This document shows positions 13,601 through 25,880 of a stretch of DNA of 64,000 nucleotides, one piece after another. Position 1 is the first letter of the stretch. Every line of letters begins with the position of its first letter. Source of the stretch: Eledone cirrhosa (Eukaryota); the NCBI GenBank assembly GCA_964016885.1, contig OZ024744.1:744001-808000 (forward strand). Direction: 5' to 3'. The notes under the pieces are model-generated. The model did not search any database, was not told the DNA's origin, and was given only the letters and a program-made list of their open reading frames with translations. Position numbers and translations under genes: made by a program.

Positions 13601-16600
13601 TGAAGAACGAAGTTTTGGGGGAAGACAAGGTAGAGAAAGATAGCTTGGTGAAGAACGAAGTTTTGAGGGAAGACAAGGTAGAGAAAGATAGTTGGTAAAG
13701 AACGAAGTTTTGAGGGAAGACAAGGTAGAGAAAGATAGCTTGGTGAAGAACGAAGTTTTGAGGGAAGACAAGGTAGAGAAAGATAGTTGGTAAAGAACGA
13801 AGTTTTGAGGGAAGACAAGGTAGAGAAAGATAGCTTGGTGAAGAACGAAGTTTTGAGGGAAGACAAGGTAGAGAAAAATAGCTTGGTGAAGAACGACGTT
13901 TTGAGGGAAGACAAGGTAGAGAAAGATAGCTTGGTGAAGAACGAAGTTTTGGGGGAAGACAAGGTAGAGAAAGATAGCTTGATGAAGTACGAAGTTTTGG
14001 GGGAAGACAAGGTAGAGAAAGATAGCTTGGTGAAGAACGACGTTTTGAGGGAAGACAAGGTAGAGAAAGATAGCTTGGTGAAGAACGAAGTTTTGGGGGA
14101 AGACAAGGTAGAGAAAGATAGCTTGATGAAGTACGAAGTTTTGGGGGAAGACAAGGTAGAGAAAGATAGCTTGGTGAAGAACGACGTTTTGTGGGAAGAC
14201 AAGGTAGAGAAACATAGTTGGTGAAGAACGAAGTTTTGAGGGAAGACAAGGTAGAGAAAGATAGCTTGATGAAGAACGAAGTTTTGAGGGAAGACAAGGT
14301 AGAGAAAGATAGCTTGGTGAAGAACGAAGTTTTGAGGGAAGACAAGGTAGAGAAAGATAGCTTCATGAAGAACGAAGTTTTGAGGGAAGACAAGGTAGAG
14401 AAAGATAGCTTGGTGAAGAACGAAGTTTTGAGGGAAGACAAGGTAGAGAAAGATAGCTTGGTGAAGAACGAAGTTTTGGGGGAAGACAAGGTAGAGAAAG
14501 ATAGTTGGTAAAGAACGAAGTTTTGAAGGAAGACAAGGTAGAGAAAGATAGCTTGGTGAAGAACGACGTTTTGAGGGAAGACAAGGTATAGAAAGATAGC
14601 TTGGTGAAGAACGACGTTTTCGGGGAAGAAAAGGTAGAGAAAGATAGCTTGGTGAAGAACAAAGTTTTGGGGGAAGACAAGGTAGAGAAAGATAGCTTGG
14701 TGAAGAACGAAGTTTTGAGGGAAGACTCGGTAGAGAAAGATAGCTTGGTGAAGAACGAAGTTTTGAGGGAAGACAAGGTAGAGAAAGATAGCTTGGTGAA
14801 GAACGAGGTTTTGAGGGAAGACAAGGTAGAGAAAGATAGCTTGGTGAAGAACGAAGTTTTGAGGGAAGTCAAGGTAGAGAAAGATAGCTTGGTGAAGAAC
14901 GAAGTTTTGGGGGAAGACAAGGTAGAGAAAGATAGCTTGGTGAAGAACGAAGTTTTGAGGGAAGACAAGGTAGAGAAAGATAGTTGGTAAAGAACGAAGT
15001 TTTGAGGGAAGACAAGGTAGAGAAAGATAGCTTGGTGAAGAACGAAGTTTTGAGGGAAGACAAGGTAGAGAAAGATAGTTGGTAAAGAACGAAGTTTTGA
15101 GGGAAGACAAGGTAGAGAAAGATAGCTTGGTGAAGAACGAAGTTTTGAGGGAAGACAAGGTAGAGAAAGATAGCTTGGTGAAGAACGAAGTTTTGGGGGA
15201 AGACAAGGTAGAGAAAGATAGCTTGGTGAAGAACGAAGTTTTGAGGGAAGACAAGGTAGAGAAAGATAGTTGGTGAAGAACGAAATTTTGAGGGAAGACA
15301 AGGTAGAGAAAAATAGCTTGGTGAAGAACGACGTTTTGAGGGAAGACAAGGTAGAGAAAGATAGCTTGGTGAAGAACGAAGTTTTGGGGGAAGACAAGGT
15401 AGAGAAAGATAGCTTGATGAAGTACGAAGTTTTGGGGGAAGACAAGGTAGAGAAAGATAGCTTGGTGAAGAACGACGTTTTGAGGGAAGACAAGGTAGAG
15501 AAAGATAGCTTGGTGAAGAACGAAGTTTTGGGGGAAGACAAGGTAGAGAAAGATAGCTTGATGAAGTACGAAGTTTTGGGGGAAGACAAGGTAGAGAAAG
15601 ATAGCTTGGTGAAGAACGACGTTTTGTGGGAAGACAAGGTAGAGAAACATAGTTGGTGAAGAACGAAGTTTTGAGGGAAGACAAGGTAGAGAAAGATAGC
15701 TTGATGAAGAACGAAGTTTTGAGGGAAGACAAGGTAGAGAAAGATAGCTTGGTGAAGAACGAAGTTTTGAGGGAAGACAAGGTAGAGAAAGATAGCTTCA
15801 TGAAGAACGAAGTTTTGAGGGAAGACAAGGTAGAGAAAGATAGCTTGGTGAAGAACGAAGTTTTGAGGGAAGACAAGGTAGAGAAAGATAGCTTGGTGAA
15901 GAACGAAGTTTTGGGGGAAGACAAGGTAGAGAAAGATAGTTGGTAAAGAACGAAGTTTTGAAGGAAGACAAGGTAGAGAAAGATAGCTTGGTGAAGAACG
16001 ACGTTTTGAGGGAAGACAAGGTATAGAAAGATAGCTTGGTGAAGAACGACGTTTTCGGGGAAGAAAAGGTAGAGAAAGATAGCTTGGTGAAGAACAAAGT
16101 TTTGGGGGAAGACAAGGTAGAGAAAGATAGCTTGGTGAAGAACGAAGTTTTGAGGGAAGACTCGGTAGAGAAAGATAGCTTGGTGAAGAACGAAGTTTTG
16201 AGGGAAGACAAGGTAGAGAAAGATAGCTTGGTGAAGAACGAGGTTTTGAGGGAAGACAATGTAGAGAAAGATAGCTTGGTGAAGAACGAAGTTTTGGGGG
16301 AAGACAAGGTAGAGAAAGATAGCTTGGTGAAGAACGAAGTTTTGGGGGATGACAAAGTAGAGAAAGATAGCTTGGTGAAGAACGAAGTTTTGGGGGAAGA
16401 CAAGGTAGAGAAAGATAGCTTGATGAAGAACGAAGTTTTGGGGGAAGACAAGGAAGAGAAAGATAGCTTGGTGAAGAACGAAGTTTTGAGGGAAGACAAG
16501 GTAGAGAAAGATAGCTTGGTGAAGAACGAAGTTTTGGGGGAAGACAAGGTAGAGAAAGATAGCTTGGTGAAGAACGAAGTTTTGCGGGAAGACAAGGTAG

Positions 16601-19600
16601 AGAAATATAGCTCGGTGAAGAACGAAGTTTTGAGGGAAGACAAGGTAGAGAAAGATAGCTTGGTGAAGAACGAAGTTTTGGGGGAAGACAAGGTAGAGAA
16701 AGATAGCTTGGTGAAGAACGAAGTTTTGAGGAAGACAAGGTAGAGAAAGATAGCTTGGTGAAGAACGAAGTTATGAGGGAAGACAAGGTAGAGAAAGATA
16801 GTTGGTGAAGAACGAAGTTTTGAGGGAAGACAAGGTAGAGAAAGATAGCTTGGTGAAGAACGACGTTTTGAGGGAAGACAAGGTAGAGAAAGATAGCTTG
16901 GTGAAGAACGAAGTTTTGGGGGAAGACAAGGTAGAGAAAGATAGCTTGATGAAGTACGAAGTTTTGGGGGAAGACAAGGTAGAGAAAGATAGCTTGGTGA
17001 AGAACGAAGTTTTGAGGGAAGACAAGGTAGAGAAAGATAGCTTGATGAAGAACGAAGTTTTGAGGGAAGACAAGGTAGAGAAAGATAGCTTGGTGAAGAA
17101 CGAAGTTTTGAGGGTAGACAAAGTATAGAAAGATAGCTTGGTGAAGAACGAAGTTTTGGGGGAAGACAATGTAGAGAAAGATAGCTTGATGAAGAACGAA
17201 GTTTTGGGGGAAGACAAGGTAGAGAAAGATAGCTTGGTGAAGAACGAAGTTTTGAGGGAAGACAAGGTAGAGAAAGATAGCTTGGTGAAGAACGAAGTTT
17301 TGAGGGGAGACAAAGTATAGAAAGATAGCTTGGTGAAGAACGAAGTTTTGGGGGAAGACAATGTAGAGAAAGATAGCTTGATGAAGAACGAAGTTTTGGG
17401 GAAGACAAGGTAGAGAAAGATAGCTTGGTGAAGAACGAAGTTTTGAGGGAAGACAAGGTAGAGAAAGATAGCTTGGTGAAGAACAAAGTTTTGGGGAAGA
17501 CAAGGTAGAGAAAGATAGCTTGGTGAAGAACGAAGTTTTGAGGGAAGACAAGGTAGAGAAAGATAGCTTGGTGAAGAACGAAGTTTTGGGGGAAGACAAG
17601 GTAGAGAAAGATAGCTTGGTGAAGAACGAAGTTTTGAGGGAAGACAAGGTAGAGAAAGATAGTTGGTAAAGAACGAAGTTTTGAGGGAAGACAAGGTAGA
17701 GAAAGATAGCTTGGTGAAGAACGAAGTTTTGAGGGAAGACAAGGTAGAGAAAGATAGTTGGTAAAGAACGAAGTTTTGAGGGAAGACAAGGTAGAGAAAG
17801 ATAGCTTGGTGAAGAACGAAGTTTTGAGGGAAGACAAGGTAGAGAAAGATAGCTTGGTGAAGAACGAAGTTTTGGGGGAAGACAAGGTAGAGAAAGATAG
17901 CTTGGTGAAGAACGAAGTTTTGAGGGAAGACAAGGTAGAGAAAGATAGTTGGTGAAGAACGAAATCTTGAGGGAAGACAAGGTAGAGAAAAATAGCTTGG
18001 TGAAGAACGACGTTTTGAGGGAAAACAAGGTAGAGAAAGATAGCTTGGTGAAGAACGAAGTTTTGGGGGAAGACAAGGTAGAGAAAGATAGCTTGATGAA
18101 GTACGAAGTTTTGGGGGAAGACAAGGTAGAGAAAGATAGCTTGGTGAAGAACGACGTTTTGAGGGAAGACAAGGTAGAGAAAGATAGCTTGGTGAAGAAC
18201 GAAGTTTTGGGGGAAGACAAGGTAGAGAAAGATAGCTTGATGAAGTACGAAGTTTTGGGGGAAGACAAGGTAGAGAAAGATAGCTTGGTGAAGAACGACG
18301 TTTTGTGGAAGACAAGGTAGAGAAACATAGTTGGTGAAGAACGAAGTTTTGAGGGAAGACAAGGTAGAGAAAGATAGCTTGATGAAGAACGAAGTTTTGA
18401 GGGAAGACAAGGTAGAGAAAGATAGCTTGGTGAAGAACGAAGTTTTGAGGGAAGACAAGGTAGAGAAAGATAGCTTCATGAAGAACGAAGTTTTGAGGGA
18501 AGACAAGGTAGAGAAAGATAGCTTGGTGAAGAACGAAGTTTTGAGGGAAGACAAAGTATAGAAAGATAGCTTGGTGAAGAACGAAGTTTTGGGGGAAGAC
18601 AATGTAGAGAAAGATAGCTTGATGAAGAACGAAGTTTTGGGGGAAGACAAGGTAGAGAAAGATAGCTTGGTGAAGAACGAAGTTTTGAGGGAAGACAAGG
18701 TAGAGAAAGATAGCTTGGTGAAGAACGAAGTTTTGGGGGAAGACAAGGTAGAGAAAGATAGCTTGGTGAAGAACGAAGTTTTGAGGGAAGACAAGGTAGA
18801 GAAAGATAGCTTGGTGAAGAACGAAGTTTTGGGGGAAGACAAGGTAGAGAAAGATAGCTTGGTGAAGAACGAAGTTTTGAGGGAAGACAAGGTAGAGAAA
18901 GATAGTTGGTGAAGAACGAAATTTTGAGGGAAGACAAGGTAGAGAAAGATAGCTTGGTGAAGAACGACGTTTTGAGGGAAGACAAGGTAGAGAAAGATAG
19001 CTTGGTGAAGAACGACGGTTTGAGGGAAGACAAGGAAGAGAAAGATAGCTTGGTGAAGAACGAAGTTTTGGGGGAAGACAAGGTAGAGAAAGATAGCTTG
19101 ATGAAGTACGAAGTTTTGGGGGAAGACAAGGTAGAGAAAGATAGCTTGGTGAAGAACGACGTTTTGTGGGAAGACAAGGTAGAGAAACATAGTTGGTGAA
19201 GAACGAAATTTTGAGGGAAGACAAGGTAGAGAAAGATAGCTTGGTGAAGAACGAAGTTTTGAGGGAAGACAAGGTAGAGAAAGATAGCTTGATGAAGTAC
19301 GAAGTTTTGAGGGAAGACAAGGTAGAGAAAGATAGCTTGGTGAAGAACGAAGTTTTGGGGGAAGACAAGGTAGAGAAATATAGCTCGGTGAAGAACGAAG
19401 TTTTGAGGGAAGACAAGGTAGAGAAAGATAGCTTGGTGAAGAACGAAGTTTTGGGGGAAGACAAGGTAGAGAAAGATAGCTTGGTGGAGAACGAAGTTTT
19501 GAGGGAAGACTAGGTAGAGAAAGATAGCTTGATGAAGAACGAAGTTTTGAGCGAAGACAAGGTAGAGAAAGATAGCTTGGTGAAGAACGAAGTTTTGGGG

Positions 19601-21749
19601 GAAGACAAGGTAGAGAAAGATAGCTTGGTGAAGAACGAAGGTTTGAGGGAAGACAAGGTAGAGAAAGATAGCTTGGTGAAGAACGAAGTTTTGGGGGAAG
19701 ACAAGGTAGAGAAAGATAGCTTGGTGAAGAACGAAGTTTTGGGGAAGACAAGGTAGAGAAAGATAGCTTGGTGAAGAACGAAGTTATGAGGGAAGACAGG
19801 GTAGAGAAAGATAGTTGGTGAAGAAAGAAGTTTTGAGGGAAGATAAGGTAGAGAAAGATAGCTTGGTGAAGAACGACGTTTTGAGGGAAGACAAGGTAGA
19901 GAAAGATAGCTTGGTGAAGAACGAAGTTTTGGGGGAAGACAATCTAGAGAAAGATAGGTTGGTGAAGAACGAAGTTTTGAGGGAAGACAAGGTAGAGAAA
20001 GATAGCTTGGTGAAGAACGAAGTTTTGGGGGAAGACAAGGTAGAGAAAGATAGCTTGGTGAAGAACGAAGTTTTGAGGGAAGACAAGGTAGAGAAAGATA
20101 GTTGGTGAAGAACGAAGTTTTGAGGGAAGACAAGGTAGAGAAAGATAGCTTGGTGAAGAACGACGTTTTGAGGGAAGGCAAGGTAGAGAAAGATAGCTTG
20201 GTGAAGAACGAAGTTTTGGGGGAAGACAAGGTAGAGAAAGATAGCTTGATGAAGTACGAAGTTTTGGGGGAAGACAAGGTAGAGAAAGATAGCTTGGTGA
20301 AGAACGACGTTTTGTGGGAAGACAAGGTAGAGAAACATAGTTGGTGAAGAACGAAGTTTTGAGGGAAGACAAGGTAGAGAAAGATAGCTTGATGAAGTAC
20401 GAAGTTTTGGGGGAAGACAAGGTAGAGAAAGATAGCTTGGTGAAGAACGAAGTTTTGGGGGAAGACAAGGTAGAGAAAGATAGCTTGATGAAGAACGAAG
20501 TTTTGAGGGAAGACAAGGTAGAGAAAGATAGCTTGGTGAAGAACGAAGTTTTGAGGGGAGACAAAGTATAGAAAGATAGCTTGGTGAAGAACGAAGTTTT
20601 GGGGGAAGACAATGTAGAGAAAGATAGCTTGATGAAGAACGAAGTTTTGGGGAAGACAAGGTAGAGAAAGATAGCTTGGTGAAGAACGAAGTTTTGAGGG
20701 AAGACAAGGTAGAGAAAGATAGCTTGGTGAAGAACGAAGTTTTGGGGGAAGACAAGGTAGAGAAAGATAGCTTGGTGAAGAACGAAGTTTTGAGGGAAGA
20801 CAAGGTAGAGAAAGATAGCTTGGTGAAGAACGAAGTTTTGGGGGAAGACAAGGTAGAGAAAGATAGCTTGGTGAAGAACGAAGTTTTGAGGGAAGACAAG
20901 GTAGAGAAAGATAGTTGGTAAAGAACGAAGTTTTGAAGGAAGACAAGGTAGAGAAAGATAGCTTGGTGAAGAACGACGTTTTGAGGGAAGACAAGGTATA
21001 GAAAGATAGCTTGGTGAAGAACGACGTTTTCGGGGAAGAAAAGGTAGAGAAAGATAGCTTGGTGAAGAACAAAGTTTTGGGGGAAGACAAGGTAGAGAAA
21101 GATAGCTTGGTGAAGAACGAAGTATTGAGGGAAGACTCGGTAGAGAAAGATAGCTTGGTGAAGAACGAAGTTTTGAGGGAAGACAAGGTAGAGAAAGATA
21201 GCTTGGTGAAGAACGAGGTTTTGAGGGAAGACAATGTAGAGAAAGATAGCTTGGTGAAGAACGAAGTTTTGGGGGAAGACAAGGTAGAGAAAGATAGCTT
21301 GGTGAAGAACGAAGTTTTGGGGGATGACAAAGTAGAGAAAGATAGCTTGGTGAAGAACGAAGTTTTGGGGGAAGACAAGGTAGAGAAAGATAGCTTGATG
21401 AAGAACGAAGTTTTGGGGGAAGACAAGGAAGAGAAAGATAGCTTGGTGAAGAACGAAGTTTTGAGGGAAGACAAGGTAGAGAAAGATAGCTTGGTGAAGA
21501 ACGAAGTTTTGGGGGAAGACAAGGTAGAGAAAGATAGCTTGGTGAAGAACGAAGTTTTGCGGGAAGACAAGGTAGAGAAATATAGCTCGGTGAAGAACGA
21601 AGTTTTGAGGGAAGACAAGGTAGAGAAAGATAGCTTGGTGAAGAACGAAGTTTTGGGGGAAGACAAGGTAGAGAAAGATAGCTTGGTGAAGAACGAAGTT
21701 TTGAGGAAGACAAGGTAGAGAAAGATAGCTTGGTGAAGAACGAAGTTAT

Positions 21750-24700
21750 GAGGGAAGACAAGGTAGAGAAAGATAGTTGGTGAAGAACGAAGTTTTGAGG
21801 GAAGACAAGGTAGAGAAAGATAGCTTGGTGAAGAACGACGTTTTGAGGGAAGACAAGGTAGAGAAAGATAGCTTGGTGAAGAACGAAGTTTTGGGGGAAG
21901 ACAAGGTAGAGAAAGATAGCTTGATGAAGTACGAAGTTTTGGGGGAAGACAAGGTAGAGAAAGATAGCTTGGTGAAGAACGAAGTTTTGAGGGAAGACAA
22001 GATAGAGAAAGATAGCTTGATGAAGAACGAAGTTTTGAGGGAAGACAAGGTAGAGAAAGATAGCTTGGTGAAGAACGAAGTTTTGAGGGAAGACAAAGTA
22101 TAGAAAGATAGCTTGGTGAAGAACGAGGTTTTGGGGGAAGACAATGTAGAGAAAGATAGCTTGATGAAGAACGAAGTTTTGGGGGAAGACAAGGTAGAGA
22201 AAGATAGCTTGGTGAAGAACGAAGTTTTGAGGGAAGACAAGGTAGAGAAAGATAGCTTGGTGAAGAACGAAGTTTTGAGGGGAGACAAAGTATAGAAAGA
22301 TAGCTTGGTGAAGAACGAAGTTTTGGGGGAAGACAATGTAGAGAAAGATAGCTTGATGAAGAACGAAGTTTTGGGGAAGACAAGGTAGAGATGGATAGCT
22401 TGGTGAAGAACGAAGTTTTGAGGGAAGACAAGGTAGAGAAAGATAGCTTGGTGAAGAACGAAGTTTTGGGGGAAGACAAGGTAGAGAAAGATAGCTTGGT
22501 GAAGAACGAAGTTTTGAGGGAAGACAAGGTAGAGAAAGATAGCTTGGTGAAGAACGAAGTTTTGGGGGAAGACAAGGTAGAGAAAGATAGCTTGGTGAAG
22601 AACGAAGTTTTGAGGGAAGACAAGGTAGAGAAAGATAGTTGGTAAAGAACGAAGTTTTGAGGGAAGACAAGGTAGAGAAAGATAGCTTGGTGAAGAACGA
22701 CGTTTTGAGGGAAGACAAGGTATAGAAAGATAGCTTGGTGAAGAACGACGTTTTCGGGGAAGAAAAGGTAGAGAAAGATAGCTTGGTGAAGAACAAAGTT
22801 TTGGGGGAAGACAAGGTAGAGAAAGATAGCTTGGTGAAGAACGAAGTATTGAGGGAAGACTCGGTAGAGAAAGATAGCTTGGTGAAGAACGAAGTTTTGA
22901 GGGAAGACAAGGTAGAGAAAGATAGCTTGGTGAAGAACGAGGTTTTGAGGGAAGACAATGTAGAGAAAGATAGCTTGGTGAAGAACGAAGTTTTGGGGGA
23001 AAACAAGGTAGAGAAAGATAGCTTGGTGAAGAACGAAGTTTTGGGGGATGACAAAGTAGAGAAAGATAGCTTGGTGAAGAACGAAGTTTTGGGGGAAGAC
23101 AAGGTAGAGAAAGATAGCTTGATGAAGAACGAAGTTTTGGGGGAAGACAAGGAAGAGAAAGATAGCTTGGTGAAGAACGAAGTTTTGAGGGAAGACAAGG
23201 TAGAGAAAGATAGCTTGGTGAAGAACGAAGTTTTGGGGGAAGACAAGGTAGAGAAAGATAGCTTGGTGAAGAACGAAGTTTTGCGGGAAGACAAGGTAGA
23301 GAAATATAGCTCGGTGAAGAACGAAGTTTTGAGGGAAGACAAGGTAGAGAAAGATAGCTTGGTGAAGAACGAGGTTTTGGGGGAAGACAAGGTAGAGAAA
23401 GATAGCTTGGTGAAGAACGAAGTTTTGAGGAAGACAAGGTAGAGAAAGATAGCTTGGTGAAGAACGAAGTTATGAGGGAAGACAAGGTAGAGAAAGATAG
23501 TTGGTGAAGAACGAAGTTTTGAGGGAAGACAAGGTAGAGAAAGATAGCTTGGTGAAGAACGACGTTTTGAGGGAAGACAAGGTAGAGAAAGATAGCTTGG
23601 TGAAGAACGAAGTTTTGGGGGAAGACAAGGTAGAGAAAGATAGCTTGATGAAGTACGAAGTTTTGGGGGAAGACAAGGTAGAGAAAGATAGCTTGGTGAA
23701 GAACGACGTTTTGTGGGAAGACAAGGTAGAGAAACATAGTTGGTGAAGAACGAAGTTTTGAGGGTAGACAAGGTAGAGAAAGATAGCTTGATGAAGAACG
23801 AAGTTTTGAGGGAAGACAAGGTAGAGAAAGATAGTTGGTGAAGAACGAAGTTTTGAGGGAAGACAAGGTAGAGAAAGATAGCTTGGTGAAGAACGACGTT
23901 TTGAGGGAAGACAAGGTAGAGAAAGATAGCTTGGTGAAGAACGAAGTTTTGGGGGAAGACAAGGTAGAGAAAGATAGCTTGATGAAGTACGAAGTTTAGG
24001 GGGAAGACAAGGTAGAGAAAGATAGCTTGGTGAAGAACGAAGTTTTGAGGGAAGACAAGATAGAGAAAGATAGCTTGATGAAGAACGAAGTTTTGAGGGA
24101 AGACAAGGTAGAGAAAGATAGCTTGGTGAAGAACGAAGTTTTGAGGGAAGACAAAGTATAGAAAGATAGCTTGGTGAAGAACGAGGTTTTGGGGGAAGAC
24201 AATGTAGAGAAAGATAGCTTGATGAAGAACGAAGTTTTGGGGGAAGACAAGGTAGAGAAAGATAGCTTGGTGAAGAACGAAGTTTTGAGGGAAGACAAGG
24301 TAGAGAAAGATAGCTTGGTGAAGAACGAAGTTTTGAGGGGAGACAAAGTATAGAAAGATAGCTTGGTGAAGAACGAAGTTTTGGGGGAAGACAATGTAGA
24401 GAAAGATAGCTTGATGAAGAACGAAGTTTTGGGGAAGACAAGGTAGAGATGGATAGCTTGGTGAAGAACGAAGTTTTGAGGGAAGACAAGGTAGAGAAAG
24501 ATAGCTTGGTGAAGAACGAAGTTTTGGGGGAAGACAAGGTAGAGAAAGATAGCTTGGTGAAGAACGAAGTTTTGAGGGAAGACAAGGTAGAGAAAGATAG
24601 CTTGGTGAAGAACGAAGTTTTGGGGGAAGACAAGGTAGAGAAAGATAGCTTGGTGAAGAACGAAGTTTTGAGGGAAGACAAGGTAGAGAAAGATAGTTGG

Positions 24701-25880
24701 TAAAGAACGAAGTTTTGAGGGAAGACAAGGTAGAGAAAGATAGCTTGGTGAAGAACGACGTTTTGAGGGAAGACAAGGTATAGAAAGATAGCTTGGTGAA
24801 GAACGACGTTTTCGGGGAAGAAAAGGTAGAGAAAGATAGCTTGGTGAAGAACAAAGTTTTGGGGGAAGACAAGGTAGAGAAAGATAGCTTGGTGAAGAAC
24901 GAAGTATTGAGGGAAGACTCGGTAGAGAAAGATAGCTTGGTGAAGAACGAAGTTTTGAGGGAAGACAAGGTAGAGAAAGATAGCTTGGTGAAGAACGAGG
25001 TTTTGAGGGAAGACAATGTAGAGAAAGATAGCTTGGTGAAGAACGAAGTTTTGGGGGAAAACAAGGTAGAGAAAGATAGCTTGGTGAAGAACGAAGTTTT
25101 GGGGGATGACAAAGTAGAGAAAGATAGCTTGGTGAAGAACGAAGTTTTGGGGGAAGACAAGGTAGAGAAAGATAGCTTGATGAAGAACGAAGTTTTGGGG
25201 GAAGACAAGGAAGAGAAAGATAGCTTGGTGAAGAACGAAGTTTTGAGGGAAGACAAGGTAGAGAAAGATAGCTTGGTGAAGAACGAAGTTTTGGGGGAAG
25301 ACAAGGTAGAGAAAGATAGCTTGGTGAAGAACGAAGTTTTGCGGGAAGACAAGGTAGAGAAATATAGCTCGGTGAAGAACGAAGTTTTGAGGGAAGACAA
25401 GGTAGAGAAAGATAGCTTGGTGAAGAACGAGGTTTTGGGGGAAGACAAGGTAGAGAAAGATAGCTTGGTGAAGAACGAAGTTTTGAGGAAGACAAGGTAG
25501 AGAAAGATAGCTTGGTGAAGAACGAAGTTATGAGGGAAGACAAGGTAGAGAAAGATAGTTGGTGAAGAACGAAGTTTTGAGGGAAGACAAGGTAGAGAAA
25601 GATAGCTTGGTGAAGAACGACGTTTTGAGGGAAGACAAGGTAGAGAAAGATAGCTTGGTGAAGAACGAAGTTTTGGGGGAAGACAAGGTAGAGAAAGATA
25701 GCTTGATGAAGTACGAAGTTTTGGGGGAAGACAAGGTAGAGAAAGATAGCTTGGTGAAGAACGACGTTTTGTGGGAAGACAAGGTAGAGAAACATAGTTG
25801 GTGAAGAACGAAGTTTTGAGGGTAGACAAGGTAGAGAAAGATAGCTTGATGAAGAACGAAGTTTTGAGGGAAGACAAGGT
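21750..25880 (+). repeat. Tandem duplication, period 2058 bp (43 monomers minus 6 bp)
   Basis: Offsets 22113/24171, 22391/24449, 22735/24793, 23501/25559. Shared rare variants GAGATGGATAG, CAAGATAGAG, GGGAAAACAAG inside cassette A, and GAGGGTAGACAAGG. Confidence 0.92.
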
